64,000 nt of DNA from a virus (Duplodnaviria > Caudoviricetes), in IMG/VR virus record IMGVR_UViG_3300033068_001957, positions 1 to 64,000 of that record. One strand, given 5' to 3'. Each line of letters begins with the position of its first letter. The first letter of the stretch is position 1. Made by a program: the position numbers and the translations under genes. The notes beneath the pieces were generated by a model. It did not search any database and was not told the origin of the DNA. It saw only the letters and a program-made list of their open reading frames with translations. Below, one piece after another: positions 62,850-64,000 of the stretch.

Positions 62850-62968
62850 AAAAATATTTGTTAATTTGCCTACTTCTAAATTCTTGTTCTGGAATTTGGA
62901 CTCCGCCTTGGCAGAAAAATAGTCCGCAACAGACTCATTATCATTGGCCGTGGAGTTAGTATTTAAAT

Positions 62969-64000
62969 ATGGAAAAACTAATTTTAAACGCGCCGATTTC
63001 TAGTCTTTCGCTAGGCCAAGTCTCTTATAACATTATCAGAGAATGTTGGAAACGAAACATAGACCTTGCCTATTTTCCCATTGGAGAAGTTCAATTAGAT
63101 GCTTTTCAGCCGCCAAAAGAATTAGTTGCATATATTCAAGACGCCCTGAATAAAAGACTTTCTCATCTTGGCCGCGATGTTAAGACTCTAAAAATTTGGC
63201 ATATTCAATCACAGGAACCGAAAGACCCATTCCGAGTTCTTCTTACGCCCGATCAAACTTTATGCACGTTTCATGAGACAGATTTTTCGACCGAATTTGA
63301 AAAAACTTTGGTAAATTTAAACAGAAAGACCTTATTCTGCGGCAATTACTCAGAAAATATCTTTCTCGCTGCTGGATGCCCTAACGTAGGATCGTTTAAT
63401 GTAGGATGGGATGAAGATTTCAAGGTCGCAGGTAAAAAATATCTAGAAGGGCGAAAACATTTCTTATTGGTGGGAAAGCGTGAAGTCAGAAAAAACACTA
63501 GCCAAATTATCAAAACGTGGATAAAAAAATATGGCAATAACAAAGACTACGCTTTAACTTGCGTAATCAACAATCCATTCTTTAGTCCAGAAGACAACCA
63601 GAGACTCATTCAGGAAGACTTGGGAGGAAAACGCATTTGGAATCTGAATCTCCTACCTCACCTGAAAACTAACGACGAAATGAATGAGGTTTATAATTCT
63701 TGCGACATCGACTTGAGCGGCGCAAGTTTTTCTGAATCATATGGGATTCCAGCTTTTACATCATGCGGGCTAGGCAAAATATGTGTAGTAAATAATTTCG
63801 GCGGTCATAAAGCTTGGGCTACGGCAGAAAACAGTATTCTTATTGAACCAGATGGGATGCAAGATTGTTATGATGGCGTGTTCTTCAATAAGGGCGGGAA
63901 TTTTAGTCAGGGTCAATATTCCCATTATAGCGAAGATGCTCTTGTAGATGCGATGGAACGCGCCGAACAAAAAGTCGGCCAACCAAATACCGCAGGTTTG
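62969..64000 (+). CDS. GT4-like glycosyltransferase (runs off the window)
   Basis: MEKLILNAPISSLSLGQVS...FLLVGKREVRKNT...YNSCDIDL...ESYGIP; no stop before the window end. Confidence 0.8.
   Translation, partial: MEKLILNAPISSLSLGQVSYNIIRECWKRNIDLAYFPIGEVQLDAFQPPKELVAYIQDALNKRLSHLGRDVKTLKIWHIQSQEPKDPFRVLLTPDQTLCTFHETDFSTEFEKTLVNLNRKTLFCGNYSENIFLAAGCPNVGSFNVGWDEDFKVAGKKYLEGRKHFLLVGKREVRKNTSQIIKTWIKKYGNNKDYALTCVINNPFFSPEDNQRLIQEDLGGKRIWNLNLLPHLKTNDEMNEVYNSCDIDLSGASFSESYGIPAFTSCGLGKICVVNNFGGHKAWATAENSILIEPDGMQDCYDGVFFNKGGNFSQGQYSHYSEDALVDAMERAEQKVGQPNTAGL

Noticed and set aside
62740-63982. Short ORFs listed at the window end (62740+, 63346-, 63770-)
   Set aside because: They are better explained by the secreted-protein gene and the uninterrupted plus-strand glycosyltransferase starting at 62969.
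1-64000. tRNA/rRNA genes, integrase, reverse transcriptase/DGR, stop-codon reassignment
   Set aside because: No cloverleaf or T-loop signature in the few intergenic gaps, no RT or recombinase motifs, and genes are full-length under the standard code using all three stop codons.

Overview
This is a 64-kb segment of a large, AT-rich tailed dsDNA phage (about 38% GC by eye; siphovirus-like, no tail sheath seen). It has five blocks. (1) 1-22.5 kb is the neck/tail module: tail-tube-like genes, chaperones, a 2171-aa tape measure protein, tail-tip and fibre genes, and three glycosyl/methyl-transferase genes embedded in the tail operon. (2) 22.5-40.5 kb is a mainly minus-strand replication block: a Clp ATPase, a DnaE-type polymerase split into separate PHP, exonuclease and catalytic genes, a HIRAN-nuclease, primase, DnaB and RecA. 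(3) 40.5-51 kb is a sugar-activation and glycosylation cluster. (4) nrdBA, whose beta subunit has class Ic signatures, is followed by a ~600-bp non-coding strand-switch region packed with GAA-triloop hairpins (candidate origin). (5) A plus-strand block carries a nucleotidase, dNMP kinase, sigma factor, SSB and a glycosyltransferase. Eight free-standing homing endonuclease genes are scattered through the window. Two promoter grammars can be read directly: a GTGTAAY motif before virion genes, and sigma70-type promoters placed to give leaderless mRNAs. A promoter-and-terminator-bounded ~140-nt ncRNA candidate lies downstream of nrdB. All assignments come from recognising motifs by eye; no database searches were run.
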